From Macrostomum lignano (lineage: Eukaryota), in assembly GCA_002269645.1 (NCBI GenBank), contig NIVC01001239.1, positions 124,001-188,000 on the forward strand: a stretch of DNA of 64,000 nt, read 5' to 3'. Made by a program: the position numbers and the translations under genes. This document shows, in pieces, positions 1-12,099 of this stretch; the first letter of the stretch is position 1; each line of letters begins with the position of its first letter. The notes under the pieces were generated by a model that saw only the letters and a program-made list of their open reading frames with translations, ran no database searches and had not been told where the DNA came from.

Positions 1-785
1 TTTTTCAGCTACGAGTACAGTACATGGCTTTTCGTATAGATATGAGCTGTGTTGCAGATGGAGCATCAATGTCTGCCAGTCTGCCTGCGTCTGACACTTT
101 ACGATGCTTTTCTTTACTCTACTTGATATGTTGATAAGCATTGACGTGCAAGCGTACGCGATATGCAGCCCTTCTCAGAGGGTAGTGGGTCACAGAAATC
201 GCTTGAAATGGTAGACTGATAGGAGCGAAGAGGTGTTGGATACTGGAGTGACTCAGACGTTGGGTAAGAGAGATCTCAAAATTAAGCTCACAGAAAATGA
301 ATCTTGAATCAATGATCATTTATCGTGCTTGCAGCGTTGCAGTAAACGAAAACAGACTTCAACTGAAATCTAAGAATTTTCTAAAATGCTGTCGTTATTG
401 AACTGCCACAAGCTAAGTGACATCCACATGGACACAGATTCGTACGCAGACACACGCTCACTCTAGGTGTACACAGCGCGGCCCTGACTTTCTCTCTGAG
501 CCTTGCGGGTTGGCTCCTTTGTACATATTGTGTCCCAGGAAGCCATTGTGTGAAATATTTTTATGGCTACTTTTCATTGTTTCAGTGTCGCGGTATCTCT
601 GTGGAGCTAAAAACAGGCTTATTGCTGTTTAGATTTGCAAATTCTGTGTAAAAGACTTTGAAGTCTGGGCACAGCTGTACACTGAGGTTGCCGTTTGAAT
701 GCGATGATCCGGTGTATTTCTAAGAGCAAACGAAGACCACAGTCCAAATCTCTGTCTGATCAGAACAGCCTGAACTCAAGAATGC

Positions 786-1510
786 TCAGCCGATGATCCA
801 CACATCGCCAGTCTCGTTGGCGAAGGCGGTGGCGAAGCTGCTGAGGCGGCAGAGGCCGCTGCTGCTGTTGAAGCGATAGGAGGAGCAGCTGGCAGTCCGG
901 GCACAGAAGACGACGCAGTCTTCCAGGCTCTGCGCCTTGACGCCCCAGCCCAAGGCGCCGGCGAATGCAGCGGTGGTAACCAGCTTCGGAGCTGCGAACT
1001 TGTGAAAGTTGATCTGTGATCCTGTAATTCGAGAGAATTATGAGGTTTCATACCAATTCCTAAATTACGTAGTAATGCCTAAAATACCAAAAGTACTGTG
1101 TGGTAGTATTCGCTCGCTCAGTGGGTGCCTGTTCTCGTAGATGGAGTTTCTGTAAATTCCACCGCAGATTTGGTCGGCATTTCCAGAGCAGCTGGTGTTG
1201 CACTCAGATTGCGGCGCGGGACCCCAGGAGCCGTAGCTGGAGTCGCACATGCAGTTATTGAAATGCCACCGTAGACGCAGATCTCGCTGCAAAGCTCCAC
1301 CGTCATGTCGGCTCTTTTTACAGATGCCTGGGCCATGTAGGTGACGCTGATTGGGCCGAGTTGGGCGATGCCAACGAGTCCTCGCAAGTCTCTACCAGTA
1401 CCGCTGTAGTCAATGAAGCAGCCGACATAGACCGGAGTGGCCTTGCGCTGGCACAGCAACCCGGAGACCAGCAGAGCCGCCACCGCAAAGATCACGAGCT
1501 TGTAGCGCAT
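786..1510 (-). pseudogene. Secreted WSC-domain + PAN/apple-domain protein, frame-disrupted (exon 1 ~1510-1118, exon 2 1021-786)
   Basis: Signal peptide MRYKLVIFAVAALLVSGLLC, then WSC motif YVGCFID...MTVELCSEIC. The WSC domain continues in another frame (CMCDSSYG...CNTSCSGNADQICGG...SIYE). After acceptor ttacag (1024-1022), exon 2 reads SQINFHKFAAPK...QSLEDCVVFCARTASCSSYRFNSSSGLCRLSS...WIIG*, a PAN/apple-like Cys pattern. The exon 1 donor is not clearly identifiable. Confidence 0.75.
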
Positions 1511-2421
1511 TCTGAATTATCTTGCGACTTGGGAGCATGGGCTGGGAGAAATTTCCCCGTATTTATATCGACAGCTTCTTCTCCGCCATCAGCTCAAGAG
1601 GCGGAAAAATTGCTAGGCTTCTGGAGCTTTTCAGCACCTGAATGCGATTCCGCTCTCGATGGAAAAGATCGAGGGCTGCTCAAGCAAAAACAATGCATTC
1701 CTCCTGCTCTTATCGCCTGGCATAGAGAAAATGAGCCTAAATGTTTTTTTCTGCAAGATCTCTCAAGCGATGGACAAGTAGTGTAACTGCTATATAGAAA
1801 ATTTGCGTGAATCGACTCAGAATCCAGCTATGGGCTGAGCTGGAGGCCCGAGATGCGGGAAGAACCCACAGCTGCCACAGATGCTGCATTAACGCTTGAA
1901 AGCCAAAAACTGCCAGTAAGCCTCCGAATTCATCAGTATACATGTATGTCTCTAAAATAAGGAGATAAAACTAACTCCCTTTACTTCTAATCCCATTGCT
2001 TCCTCTGCATCAATAGCCGAAAGCCTCTCTATCCTGTACTCGCGGGTCGTTTGAAGCTTCACAATAGCAGTCCGGCCCGTTCAGAGTTTTCGTGTCTCTT
2101 CTCACCTGTTTTCCCTTCCTCTCTCCCCTCTCACTCTTCACTCCTTTCATCTCTCATCTCATCTCCTCTTTTATTATCTCTCATATTTTATCAGCCTATA
2201 GTTTACCAGTCTTGAGGCGAAACCGACTTTCTATGTGTAGAATTTTTTACATCTCGTAAGTTCGCGCATCGAGAGTTTTTGAGATTCGTGGTCTGCACCA
2301 GTGAATTGGCCCCAGCTAAACAGCTAGGTTTCTCCACCCCCGAAAGCGAAGAGTCACTGATACACCGACCAACAATAGCGGTTGAGAAGTACTTGATGTT
2401 TCTGTAAGTTTTGTACACTAC

Positions 2422-2746
2422 TCATACAGTCAATAATAAGTCGAAGACATTCAACGCGGTGGAAAGCCGTGGGATCCCTGTTCTCATGGATTGAATTTCA
2501 AAACGCTTCACCACTGCACACACCTGCCCGGCATTACCAGCGAATCTCATGCCGCACTGAGGTTCCAGGGCCGGACCCCAGGGGCCGTAGCTGGAATCGC
2601 AGCTGCACTCCATCTGGCTCTTCACTGCCAGGTAGCGGAAGTCGCCGCAGACGCAAATCTCGCTGCACAGCTCCACCGCCCAGTCGGTTCTCGGACACGA
2701 TGCTCTTGTAGGTGACTCTAAATGAGCCGAGCTGGGCTGTGCCCAT
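2422..2746 (-). pseudogene. Truncated, frameshifted WSC-domain paralog
   Basis: GTAQLGSFRVTY and ELCSEICVCGDFRYLAVKSQMECSCDSSYGPWGPALEPQC are homologous to the 1118-1510 WSC exon but lie in different frames. No signal peptide; the 5' end lies next to an RTE fragment. Confidence 0.7.
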
Positions 2747-2819
2747 AGTTATTTTCTTAGCAGATGACCAGCTAAACTAAAGGTAAGGGTTACAGTCGAC
2801 CGAATGGCTAAACGGTGAT

Positions 2820-3245
2820 GTAGGCAGTGATCGAGACCGTCCTGCTGTACAACGCCGGGACTGGACGCTGACGGAGTCGCTCGAGCAACAAGTTGACGCG
2901 GCGCACGCTGGCCTGCTGCGCGCCGCGTCAACTTGTTGCTCGAGCGACTCCGTCAGCGTCCAGTCCCGGCGTTGTATCGCCGCGCCGGCCTGGTCCGTCC
3001 AAGCGACCTGTTGCGCCGTCGGAGACTCCAGCTGGCAGGCCACATCATCCGCGCCGAGTCGTACTGCCCAGAGCCGGTGCAGGAGGTGCTGCTGCTAACT
3101 CTGCAGGCACCCTACCGGCGGGGGCAATCCCGCACTCAGCGTTTCGTCGACTGCCTGCTGGCTGACGCCGGCGCCCCGGATTCGGCCGGCGACGTGGCGT
3201 TCATTCGCGACCTGGTCTTGAGGCACCCGGCCTGTGACGCTAACT
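2820..3245 (+). mobile_element. RTE-clade non-LTR retrotransposon, 3' fragment (degenerate)
   Basis: Encodes AVIETVLLYNA..WTLT..LEQQVDAAHAGLLRA and LRRRRLQLAGHIIRAESYCPEPVQEVLLLTLQ across frameshifts; clearly homologous to the C-terminus of the 13712-15025 element. Confidence 0.85.
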
Positions 3246-4317
3246 GCGCATTCTTAAACAATACCCAGTCGATCAATCAATAATTTAGAATCAGAAGTCA
3301 AGCCATACTTTCGTTCTGATTCAAACTTCAAATTAACTCATTTAATTTTATAATTAACTGGCTAGGGTCACAGAGGGTCGATCATGATCCTACCCTGCAT
3401 CAGCGTTATTGGAGAATAATTATATACACATAATGGCTAGAATCTCGCTCATTGAATATGCAAATGTGATAGAACTTGTACATTCCCTAACCCTAGTAGT
3501 CTCGTTTTGCAAGAACACCAGGAAAAGTAATCTACATCCCTGCATGGTCAATTCTACCTTTGGCGCTGACCATCTGACAGGAATGGGAGGCCAGAGTATT
3601 AGATGATTGGTTTCTATGTGCTCTGATCCCATACAGCAATCCAACGTCGGCTAATGTTTCTGAAGTCTATCGACGTCGCTCTGACAATAAATATGCACTT
3701 TTAATTGCACCGACGTTCAGCCGCCTTATGACGTCGTTATTTGTTATCTGGTCGTTATCGGTTATCCGTAACGTACGTACGTGTTATCCTATCGATGAAA
3801 CGTAAACTTGTAACTTGTACAGATTTATCGACTTTGCCAACGTCCGATTACTTAACGGAAGGCCCACACACACTATCCTTAAAAGGCTGACCCCGTGTCC
3901 AAGCGCCATTCAAACAAACATTTTAAAATCGACTTTTGTTTATTACTCATAGCTTCATAACAATTGCCGTTTGTAGTATTAAATAATAAGTGAACGCTGA
4001 TTTTTGAGTCGAAAATATTTGTGTATATTATTATAAAAGTCCTGTTCATCAAAACAGTGTCTCATCTTTTTCAACACAACGCTCATCATTTGCTAGAACT
4101 TAAAAACAAGAATTTTCAGATTATTGAACAGTAGGTCCAAGGACCACTATAAGTTACAGAATTGTATCTACAGCGAGTAAGATTTTGATTATTACTCGTG
4201 TAGATATTCATAGTTGTATCTACACGAGTAATAAACAAAAGATTCAAGTTCAAGTTCAGATTCAAGTAGATACAACGGTAACTTCTAGTGGTCCTTGAGC
4301 GGGTCACGGGCGGAAAG

Positions 4318-5495
4318 TCACAGAAGGGCTGCAGAGATCTATGTAGAAGAAAATTACGTGTACTGGCTTGCTATAAGCCGCTAAATTGTAAAATCACCGC
4401 AACGAAACAGCAGCTTTTACATTACATGGGTAGGCTCAGCCTGTGCTTTAACTGCCTCTCAAAACTTTCAATGCTATCCTAAAATAAACAAAAAATAGAT
4501 TAACGCTTAGAAAAGAAAACTTAAATAGTACATTTAAGTAACATTCATGTACGCTTACAAGTGTAGCCATAGCACTCAAAAAAACCCAAATATATCTACA
4601 AGGTTTTAAATCATTAAAAGTCTAATAGAAGGCGTATTATTCTACATAGAAAAGTCTACTGGTCAAAAATCTGAAAGATCAATTAAATATACAACATCCA
4701 GCATCCAACTTCAAATGTAAGCAAATACTCTCATCATTCAGAGGGTCAGAGCAAGTCACAGAAGGGCTGCAGAGATCTAGCTACATGTAGAAAATAATCG
4801 TGTCTACAGCTTCCTAGGCCTCTAAATTGTAAATTCACCGCAACATGGCAGCTGGTTTTTTTACATAACAGGCCCAGTCTCTAAGCGACTCTCAAAAACT
4901 TTTAATGCTCTTAGAATCTGTTGTGTAGCCAAGGCTTGAAGTTTTCAGTTGAGTTGAAAAGGTAAAGTGCTAGGTGCGCACAGTTGCTTTATTTATATTT
5001 TTGTTATTTAAGAAAAACTGCATGATCGATATTTTAACTACACTAGAAAAACTGCACGATCGATAAATAAAAGAGCTAGAAATATCACGTGATTAATAAT
5101 ACATTATACAGATAATTTATCAACTACTCTACTTAAAGTGGCAGTATAAGTAATAGACAATAATAATGATAATACAGTTAGCATTTACGTTATAGTGGAA
5201 ATATTAGCGTAAAATATTATCTATCATTAAGTTGGTCTGTCAGGTTACACGACACAACAGAATCAACAAAAATCTATAAAGATGGTTGAACTGAATTCAG
5301 GAGTAAATAACTAATAACATGTACTTTTACATGTGTAGCAGTAGCACTCAAAAAACACATATGAATCTACGAAGTGTCATATATAAGTCTACTAAATAAG
5401 AGGCGTATTATTTTACATAGGAGTCCTGCTCGAGAAATAAACCTACAGAAGATCAATAAAATATGCAACCACCAAATTCAAATGTAAGCAAATAT
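4318..5495. repeat. Diverged local duplication (A-B-A'-B')
   Basis: gtcacagaagggctgcagagatcta...ctaaattgtaaa.tcaccgcaac at ~4318 and ~4756; tgtagc..tagcactcaaaaaa...gaggcgtattatt.tacatag...caaatgtaagcaaata at ~4560-4730 and ~5335-5495. Confidence 0.75.
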
Positions 5496-5794
5496 TAGCA
5501 GTGAGAACGTATATTAGTACAAAAAACAATTAAAACATATATGCAACATTATTAATAGATAAACAAAACTCAGATGGCTCAATAAACAGTCCAGGAAACA
5601 AATTATTTTAGGTCGCACAGCGCAATGATTTTTTTAATTATAATATCAAACGATGGCATTTTTTGCATTAAAAAAATCATAGCTACTCTTGTTAAGAAAC
5701 GACAGAACCATCAATTCACGGATATCCTAACTTTGTCAATATGTGAAAAAAAGATTGAAGAATTGTTAAAAAAAAGCTTGACTATCTGTTTCTT

Positions 5795-7126
5795 TTAGCT
5801 TAGGGATAATTCTCGAATCCAATCCTGCTTTGCAGTTCGATCTCTGCACCACGAATCTTCAACAAAATCAGCCGGCGTTTTGCCTTCGTTGTTCTTCCAG
5901 CTGAACACTTCTGCCCCGATTTTATCGTAAATGAACTGAAGAGAGTCGACTGTCTGCCACTCAGCAGCCAGATGGACGGCCGTGTCACCGTATCTGTCAA
6001 GAACTTTGAGACCGTCGCTTCCGACCTCCTCAACCAGCCACTTCAGATTCAAGTTTGCACACTTCACAGCAGCGATATGAAATGCTGTTCTATCACACGG
6101 TCCCTTCAGCCGAAAGCAGTCAGTTCCGATTTCTCTCTTGATCCACTCCAGTGATTCGATGCTCTGATACTCAGCGGCCAAATGGACGGCCGTGTCACCT
6201 CTACAGTCAGGAACTGTGAGACAGTCGCTGCCGAGCTCCTTCACCAGCCACTTCAGATTAGAATTGTCAGACTTCTCAGCAGCAAAGTGAAATGCTGTTC
6301 TATCCGACAACCCCTTTGTCCGGAAGCAATCAGTTCCGAGCTCTCTCTTGATCCACTCCAGCGATTCGACGCTCTGATACTCAGCGGCCAAATGGACCGC
6401 CGTGTCACCTCTACAGTCAGGAACTGTGAGACAGTCGCTACCTATATTTTTCGCCATCCACTTCAAGTTGGAATCGTCGGACCTCTGTGCAGCAAAGTGA
6501 AATGCTGCTCTATTCAACCCATTTGTCCGGAAGCAGTCAGTTCCGATCTGTCTCTTGATCCACTCCAGCGACTCGACGCCCTGATGCTGAGCGGCAAAAT
6601 GTACGGCCGTGTCACCAAATTTGTCAGGAGCCGTGAGCCAGTCACTGTTATACAACCTCACCAGCCACTCAAGATTTGAACTGTCTGACTTCTGAGCAGC
6701 GTAATGAAATGTTGTTCTTTCAAATAAATCTTTCAACCCAAAGCAGCGTCTGCAGTCATATTCGGGGAGCTCCTTCTTTATCATATCCAGCGACTGAGTG
6801 TCCTGCTGATATCTGGTAGCAAAATGGATCGCCGTGATACCAGATTTGTCAGGAACAGTCAGGTAACGGTAGTCAAACTCGTTCACCAGCCACATCAGAT
6901 TTGAATCGTCAGAGTTGTGAGCAGCGAAGTGAAATGCCGTTTTATCACGGTCTCCCTTAAGTTTAAAGCAGTCAGTTCCGATCTCTCTCTTTATCCATTC
7001 TAATGAGTCGATGCTCTGATACTCAGCGGCAAAATGAACGGCCGTGTCACCGTATTCGTCTGGAACTGTGAGACAGTCGCTGCCGATGACTTTTACCAAC
7101 CACTTCAGATTTGAATTTTCCTCGAT
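5795..7126 (-). CDS. Ankyrin-repeat protein, C-terminal part
   Basis: Same 70-aa double-ankyrin units, ending in a capping repeat WKNNEGKTPADF. It is in the same frame as the upstream ORF (27 nt between the TAG and the TTG called as start), so this is probably one disrupted gene. Confidence 0.8.
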   Translation of the reverse strand: MEENSNLKWLVKVIGSDCLTVPDEYGDTAVHFAAEYQSIDSLEWIKREIGTDCFKLKGDRDKTAFHFAAHNSDDSNLMWLVNEFDYRYLTVPDKSGITAIHFATRYQQDTQSLDMIKKELPEYDCRRCFGLKDLFERTTFHYAAQKSDSSNLEWLVRLYNSDWLTAPDKFGDTAVHFAAQHQGVESLEWIKRQIGTDCFRTNGLNRAAFHFAAQRSDDSNLKWMAKNIGSDCLTVPDCRGDTAVHLAAEYQSVESLEWIKRELGTDCFRTKGLSDRTAFHFAAEKSDNSNLKWLVKELGSDCLTVPDCRGDTAVHLAAEYQSIESLEWIKREIGTDCFRLKGPCDRTAFHIAAVKCANLNLKWLVEEVGSDGLKVLDRYGDTAVHLAAEWQTVDSLQFIYDKIGAEVFSWKNNEGKTPADFVEDSWCRDRTAKQDWIRELSLS

Positions 7127-8755
7127 CTACGAGCGTAAGAATCCCTTCAGTCGGAAGCAGTCAGTTCCTATCTGTCCCTTGATCCATTCAAGCGACTCGA
7201 TGCCTTGATGCTTAGCGACCAAATGAGCGACCGTGTCACCTCTATAGTCAGGAACTGTGAGGCAGTCGCTGCCGAGCTCCTTCACAAACCACTCCAGATT
7301 TGAATGGTCAGACTTCTTAGCAGCAGAGTGAAATGCTGATCTATCACGATATCCTTTAAGCCGAAAGCAGTCGGTGCCGATCTCACTTTTGATCCACTCC
7401 AGCGACTCGATGCCCTGGTGCATAGAGGCCAAGTGGACAGCCGTGTTACCGTCTCTATCAGGAACGGTGAGACAGCTGTTGTCGAACGCTCTCGACAGCC
7501 ACATTAGATTTGAAGGGTCCATGTTCTGAGCAGCATAGTGAAACACTGATCTAATACGGTCTCCTCTTTGTCGGATGCAGTCAGTTCCGATCTCTCTCTT
7601 GATCCACTCCAGCGACTCGACGCCCTGATGCTTGATGGCCAAGTGGACAGCCGTGATACGCGATGAGTCAGGAATTGTGAGACAGTCGCTATCAAACTCT
7701 CTCATCAGCCACTTTAGAATTGAAGAATCAGCGTTCTGAGCAGCATAGTGACATGCGGATCTACAATGATGATCCTTTCGTCGAAAGCAGTCAATGCCGA
7801 TGACTCTCTTGATCCACTCCAGCGACTCGATGCTCTGATGCTGAGCGGCCAAGTGGACGGCCGTGGTGCCGTCTCTATCAGGAATTGTGAGACAGTTGCT
7901 TCCTAACTCATACACAAACCACCTCAGATTTGAATTGTCAGACTTCTCAGCAGCAAAGTGAAATGCTGTTCTTTTACGCTCTCCTTTCAGCCGAAAGCAG
8001 TCAGTTCCGATCTCATTCTTGATCCACTCCAGCGACTCGATGCTCTGATGCTGAGCGGCCAAGTGGACGGCCGTGGTGCCGTCTCTATCAGGAATTGTGA
8101 GACAGTTGCTTCCTAACTCATTCACAAACCACCTCAGATTTGAATTGTCAGACTTCTCAGCAGCAAAGTGAAATGCTGTTCTTTTACGCTCTCCTTTCAG
8201 CCGAAAGCAGTCAGTTCCGATCTCACTCTTGATCCACTCCATCGACTCGATGCCCTGATACTTAGCGGCTAAATGGAAGGCTCTGTTACCTCGATAGTCA
8301 GGAATTGTGATATGAAATCTGCCAACCATCGCCAGCCATTTCAGACACGAATTACATTCTCTGTTCATAGCAGCAAAGTGAGTGACTGACATTCTGCAAT
8401 GATTCGCATTTATTAAGATGTCTCTGCCTCCCTTCTCTGTAACCAGCTTCATCCAAGATTCGTCTTTATGCATGGCTGTCAAGTGCACTGGAGTCTCACC
8501 CATATCGTATCTACACAACAAACACTCGGGTCCGAATCTGTCAATCAGCAGCTCCAGGCAGGACAAACTCACCGGCTTGCAGGCCACGTGATGGGCCAGT
8601 GACTGGTGCAGCACATCAGAGTGAAACATTCCTTTATCATACTCGCCAACAGTCAGCCAGATGTTGTCGTCAGTCCCAGCGCATAGTCGCAGCAATTCCA
8701 CGCTGTCTCCAGCCTCCAGCGCCGCTCTCAGTTTTTGCTCCATCTCTGTTGCCAT
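7127..8755 (-). CDS. Ankyrin-repeat protein, N-terminal part (in frame with 5795-7099, separated by one TAG)
   Basis: 542-aa intronless ORF from ATG with repeated G.TAVHLAA / R.AFHFAA ankyrin motifs arranged in 70-aa (210-bp) double units. Confidence 0.88.
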   Translation of the reverse strand: MATEMEQKLRAALEAGDSVELLRLCAGTDDNIWLTVGEYDKGMFHSDVLHQSLAHHVACKPVSLSCLELLIDRFGPECLLCRYDMGETPVHLTAMHKDESWMKLVTEKGGRDILINANHCRMSVTHFAAMNRECNSCLKWLAMVGRFHITIPDYRGNRAFHLAAKYQGIESMEWIKSEIGTDCFRLKGERKRTAFHFAAEKSDNSNLRWFVNELGSNCLTIPDRDGTTAVHLAAQHQSIESLEWIKNEIGTDCFRLKGERKRTAFHFAAEKSDNSNLRWFVYELGSNCLTIPDRDGTTAVHLAAQHQSIESLEWIKRVIGIDCFRRKDHHCRSACHYAAQNADSSILKWLMREFDSDCLTIPDSSRITAVHLAIKHQGVESLEWIKREIGTDCIRQRGDRIRSVFHYAAQNMDPSNLMWLSRAFDNSCLTVPDRDGNTAVHLASMHQGIESLEWIKSEIGTDCFRLKGYRDRSAFHSAAKKSDHSNLEWFVKELGSDCLTVPDYRGDTVAHLVAKHQGIESLEWIKGQIGTDCFRLKGFLRS

Positions 8756-11700
8756 GCTCGAACTGCTTTTTCAAGTAGCGGTTTTCTGTTGGTTTTCTGT
8801 CCTGCTATAGCAGTCCCAGGCGGCTTCAAACTAAGTGCTTTTCTCGTCTTAAAGTTTATAATTTGCCAGCTACTTTTGCAGAAGCAACACTGCAGCGCAA
8901 TAAGCCTCTGCTGTCTCTAACCTTTAGTTACGCAGAAGCTTTTTTAAATTGACTACACTGTAGCTAGGAGACAGATTCTCTTCTTTAAGCCCTCTAGCTC
9001 TCCTGCAGTACTTCATTGGGTCTCAGCGCAGCTTCTCAGTTCAGTTGGGAGGGGTTAGCTAGGGGTATAGAGGTGAACGAACAATGCATTTCTATTAGCA
9101 ATGTACAGGTGAGATTACTCAGCAGTGAGGTGAATGAAATTATTCTAGAATTATTTAGATATTATTTAGAATTATATAGAAATATTCTAAAAATGGTTAC
9201 AAATTCGCGGAATAAGCGGAAAATGAAAGCCTTGAACTTTCACTATTCTTGGTGCTCTGCGATCTATTTGTTTACATCGAGGATTTTTCTAGGAACTTTA
9301 GTAGAAAAAATCTCAAATTTGTCTAACAGAAACAGAGTGGGTGGTGTGGTAGGGCGAAACTACCACTGTTTGACGAATGACTCAATTTAACGTGACCCGC
9401 TGATGGCCCTTTCCGTCATCCGCTGCCCCATCGTTTGGCGTAAGGTTTTTTTTGGTTTTTCTTTCTTTGTGTTTTCCGGTAGCTCCGTCCGCTGCCCATC
9501 CCCTGCCCCATTCTTTGCCAACCCTTGCGCCCCATCCCTTGCCCCATCGGCGTCGCCCCACTCGATGCGATGTAGCCTCATTTAATATTTATAGGGCCAG
9601 CTTGGGCCGCATCTCATGCTTAACTGTTTGTTTTCTTCTTCCGTTTTCCTAATAATCCTCGTGTACGCTGTTGATTTCATTTAGCAAGTTTCTCTATATA
9701 TAACTAAATATAAGCTCCTTGTTGCAAGTTAATCGTTAATTTACTAGCTCCTATATTTACTCAGCACCCCGGCTCCGCCGGCAGTCTCGCTCGTTAGCAA
9801 CAATAATCTTTTAGTCGGTCGAAAACCAACAATTAATAATAAAAACGCCTGCTGCTCATAATTATTTTCATTAACTAATCGAAGCCCTTAATAGTTTATC
9901 TTGAGTTATTTGCCCACGGGGCGTAAAACAACCGAATTAATCTCAACTCCGAACGAGCTCTGAGATCTCTACGTTCCGTAATACGAAATTACGGTGGTGG
10001 CAGTGCTACTCTATTATCTACTTCTGTTAGTAATCAGTTAAGCAAATCGGCAAACAGTGAAATTTACGGTGTCAAGACCGCTGTGTCTACAATCTGAACG
10101 ACCGTGCCTGCTCAAGACCGCTCGACTGCGATTACAACTACCCTCCACCCGGAATTGAGGACCCGGCGGACGGAGTATCAAAGGAGAAAAGCGTTTCGAA
10201 CCATTCAGTGAAACTTTCCGGCTTTACAAGTGAGGAGATAATTCGAAGGCGGGAATTCAAAGTTCTAGAAAAATTCTTTTTCGATCCGCCCTCACCACTA
10301 ACTACTGAATTCACCGGCTGTTGGGTTCACCGGATTCACCTCAGTGGCATGATAATTAATGTTTATTTAATATTTCCCATGATTATTATGTAGGCCTAAT
10401 AGTTTCGAGATGTTTTTTATACAAAAAAACAAATTGAAGCAAGAGTTATATAGGCCCTAGCCAGGAGACCTATGGCATAGGTCTATTGTTCGGTAGTCAG
10501 AAGCATTTACTGCTGACTGTTGATTTTAGACCTAGGCCTAGCTCACCCTTTCGCCAATGCCAACAAAGCCAAGGGGAACGACCAACGTTATCCATAGGGC
10601 ATACGCCTATTCATTTTATAGTTTTTTGTTACGATTTTCGCTCAGCCAGATGAAGCATGTTGGCAATAATGTTTCATTTTATTTATAAGCCAATGTTATC
10701 TAGATTCTATTCTAGGCCTAGGGCCTATGCCAATTCATCAAGATTCAAGTATTTTTCGAGAATCAGTCAACCAGAGAACACTAAAGTATCTACTAGATCA
10801 GAGCGAAGGTATAGGTATATAGGAAGTTAGTAAGGCAGGAAATCAGGATCTTAATGTAGATGAGTCAGGCAATACATTTGTATTGTAAGCTAGCTAGGCC
10901 TAAATAGACAAGCTGAGTAGCTAGGCCTAGGCCACCTAGGCCCAGTAGTAGTATAGCAGCATGCTAGACACTAGGACAGGAGTGTCAGAGAAAACTTGAG
11001 TAAACAAGGGAAATGGGTTGTATATTTGCTTGCATAGGAGAAAGTTCCACAAAATGTATAAATTTACAAATAAAAAACTAATTTCCTGGCATTTTTATTA
11101 AGCACAATAGTGATTTAGCTTGCTATCAATATGAGAAATATACATAAAAAAGCTAGTACCAATTCAAATGAAAAATAGGCCTAATTTCACAAATGAAACT
11201 ACACTAGTGCCACAAAGCTTAGTCACATGGGAAGTTTCTAGAAAGAATCTATCTCAATATGATACTTGGCACACATTTTGCCTTCCAAACTATAGCCTAT
11301 AAGCTTAGAAAATGACTTTTTTCATTTTTATATATATTTTGTAAGCATTCACTTTTTATTATAACATTCACTTTGTATTGGCTATGTTAGGTTTATTAGG
11401 CCTATTTGGATTTTATATCTTGACAATTTATCCTAAGTAAGTCTCCATCATAGTCAACAACTAGGCTACCTAGCAACAACTAGCATTGAGCTCAGCTATG
11501 GAAATAGACCAGTTAGTAGTGCTTGGCTTAGCTAGGGTAGTATTCAAACTAGTGGCCTATTGGATAGATATGCTAGGTTTAAGAGGATTAGTCAGGCTTA
11601 ATTTAAGGCAAAATTGAGAGTTTTCAGCCTTTGACTCTAGAAATAGCTTGATAAACTATAGTAAACTATGGTATGGGGGGTATGGCTACAGGAACTACAG

Positions 11701-12099
11701 GAATATGATAATATTGGGGTCCCTACGGCTATGGCATATGGACCCTCCTTATGGCAGAACACTAATAAACTACCTAAGCTAGTAATAGAAGCTCTTGCAT
11801 TGCCTCTTGATGTAGGGAACTTACATGAAAAGCTCATAAGTTCAATAAAAGTTGAATGTTTATGTAGAAATTTTTTCACCTTTAAAGCAGGAAACAAAGC
11901 TAGAAACCTGTCCTTATATTCTTTATTGGGGGTTGGATTGGATGTGATCACAATTGTGAGCACAATTTAATGAATTCATTACCATTTTTTTCACAATTGT
12001 GATTTCCTTAAAACCCATTCATGAAGTTGTGAATGTATGCTTACTTTTTTATTCAAATTATAACTTTTGTTTTTGATTTATTGAAATAGGTAACCAGTT

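Noticed and set aside
776-1051. 91-aa ORF from the track
   Set aside because: Wrong frame; the PAN/apple-like exon is in a different frame of the same DNA.
10040-10393. Long open frame (…CQDRCVYNLNDRAC…PPPGIED…)
   Set aside because: No ATG context, splice support or recognisable domain.
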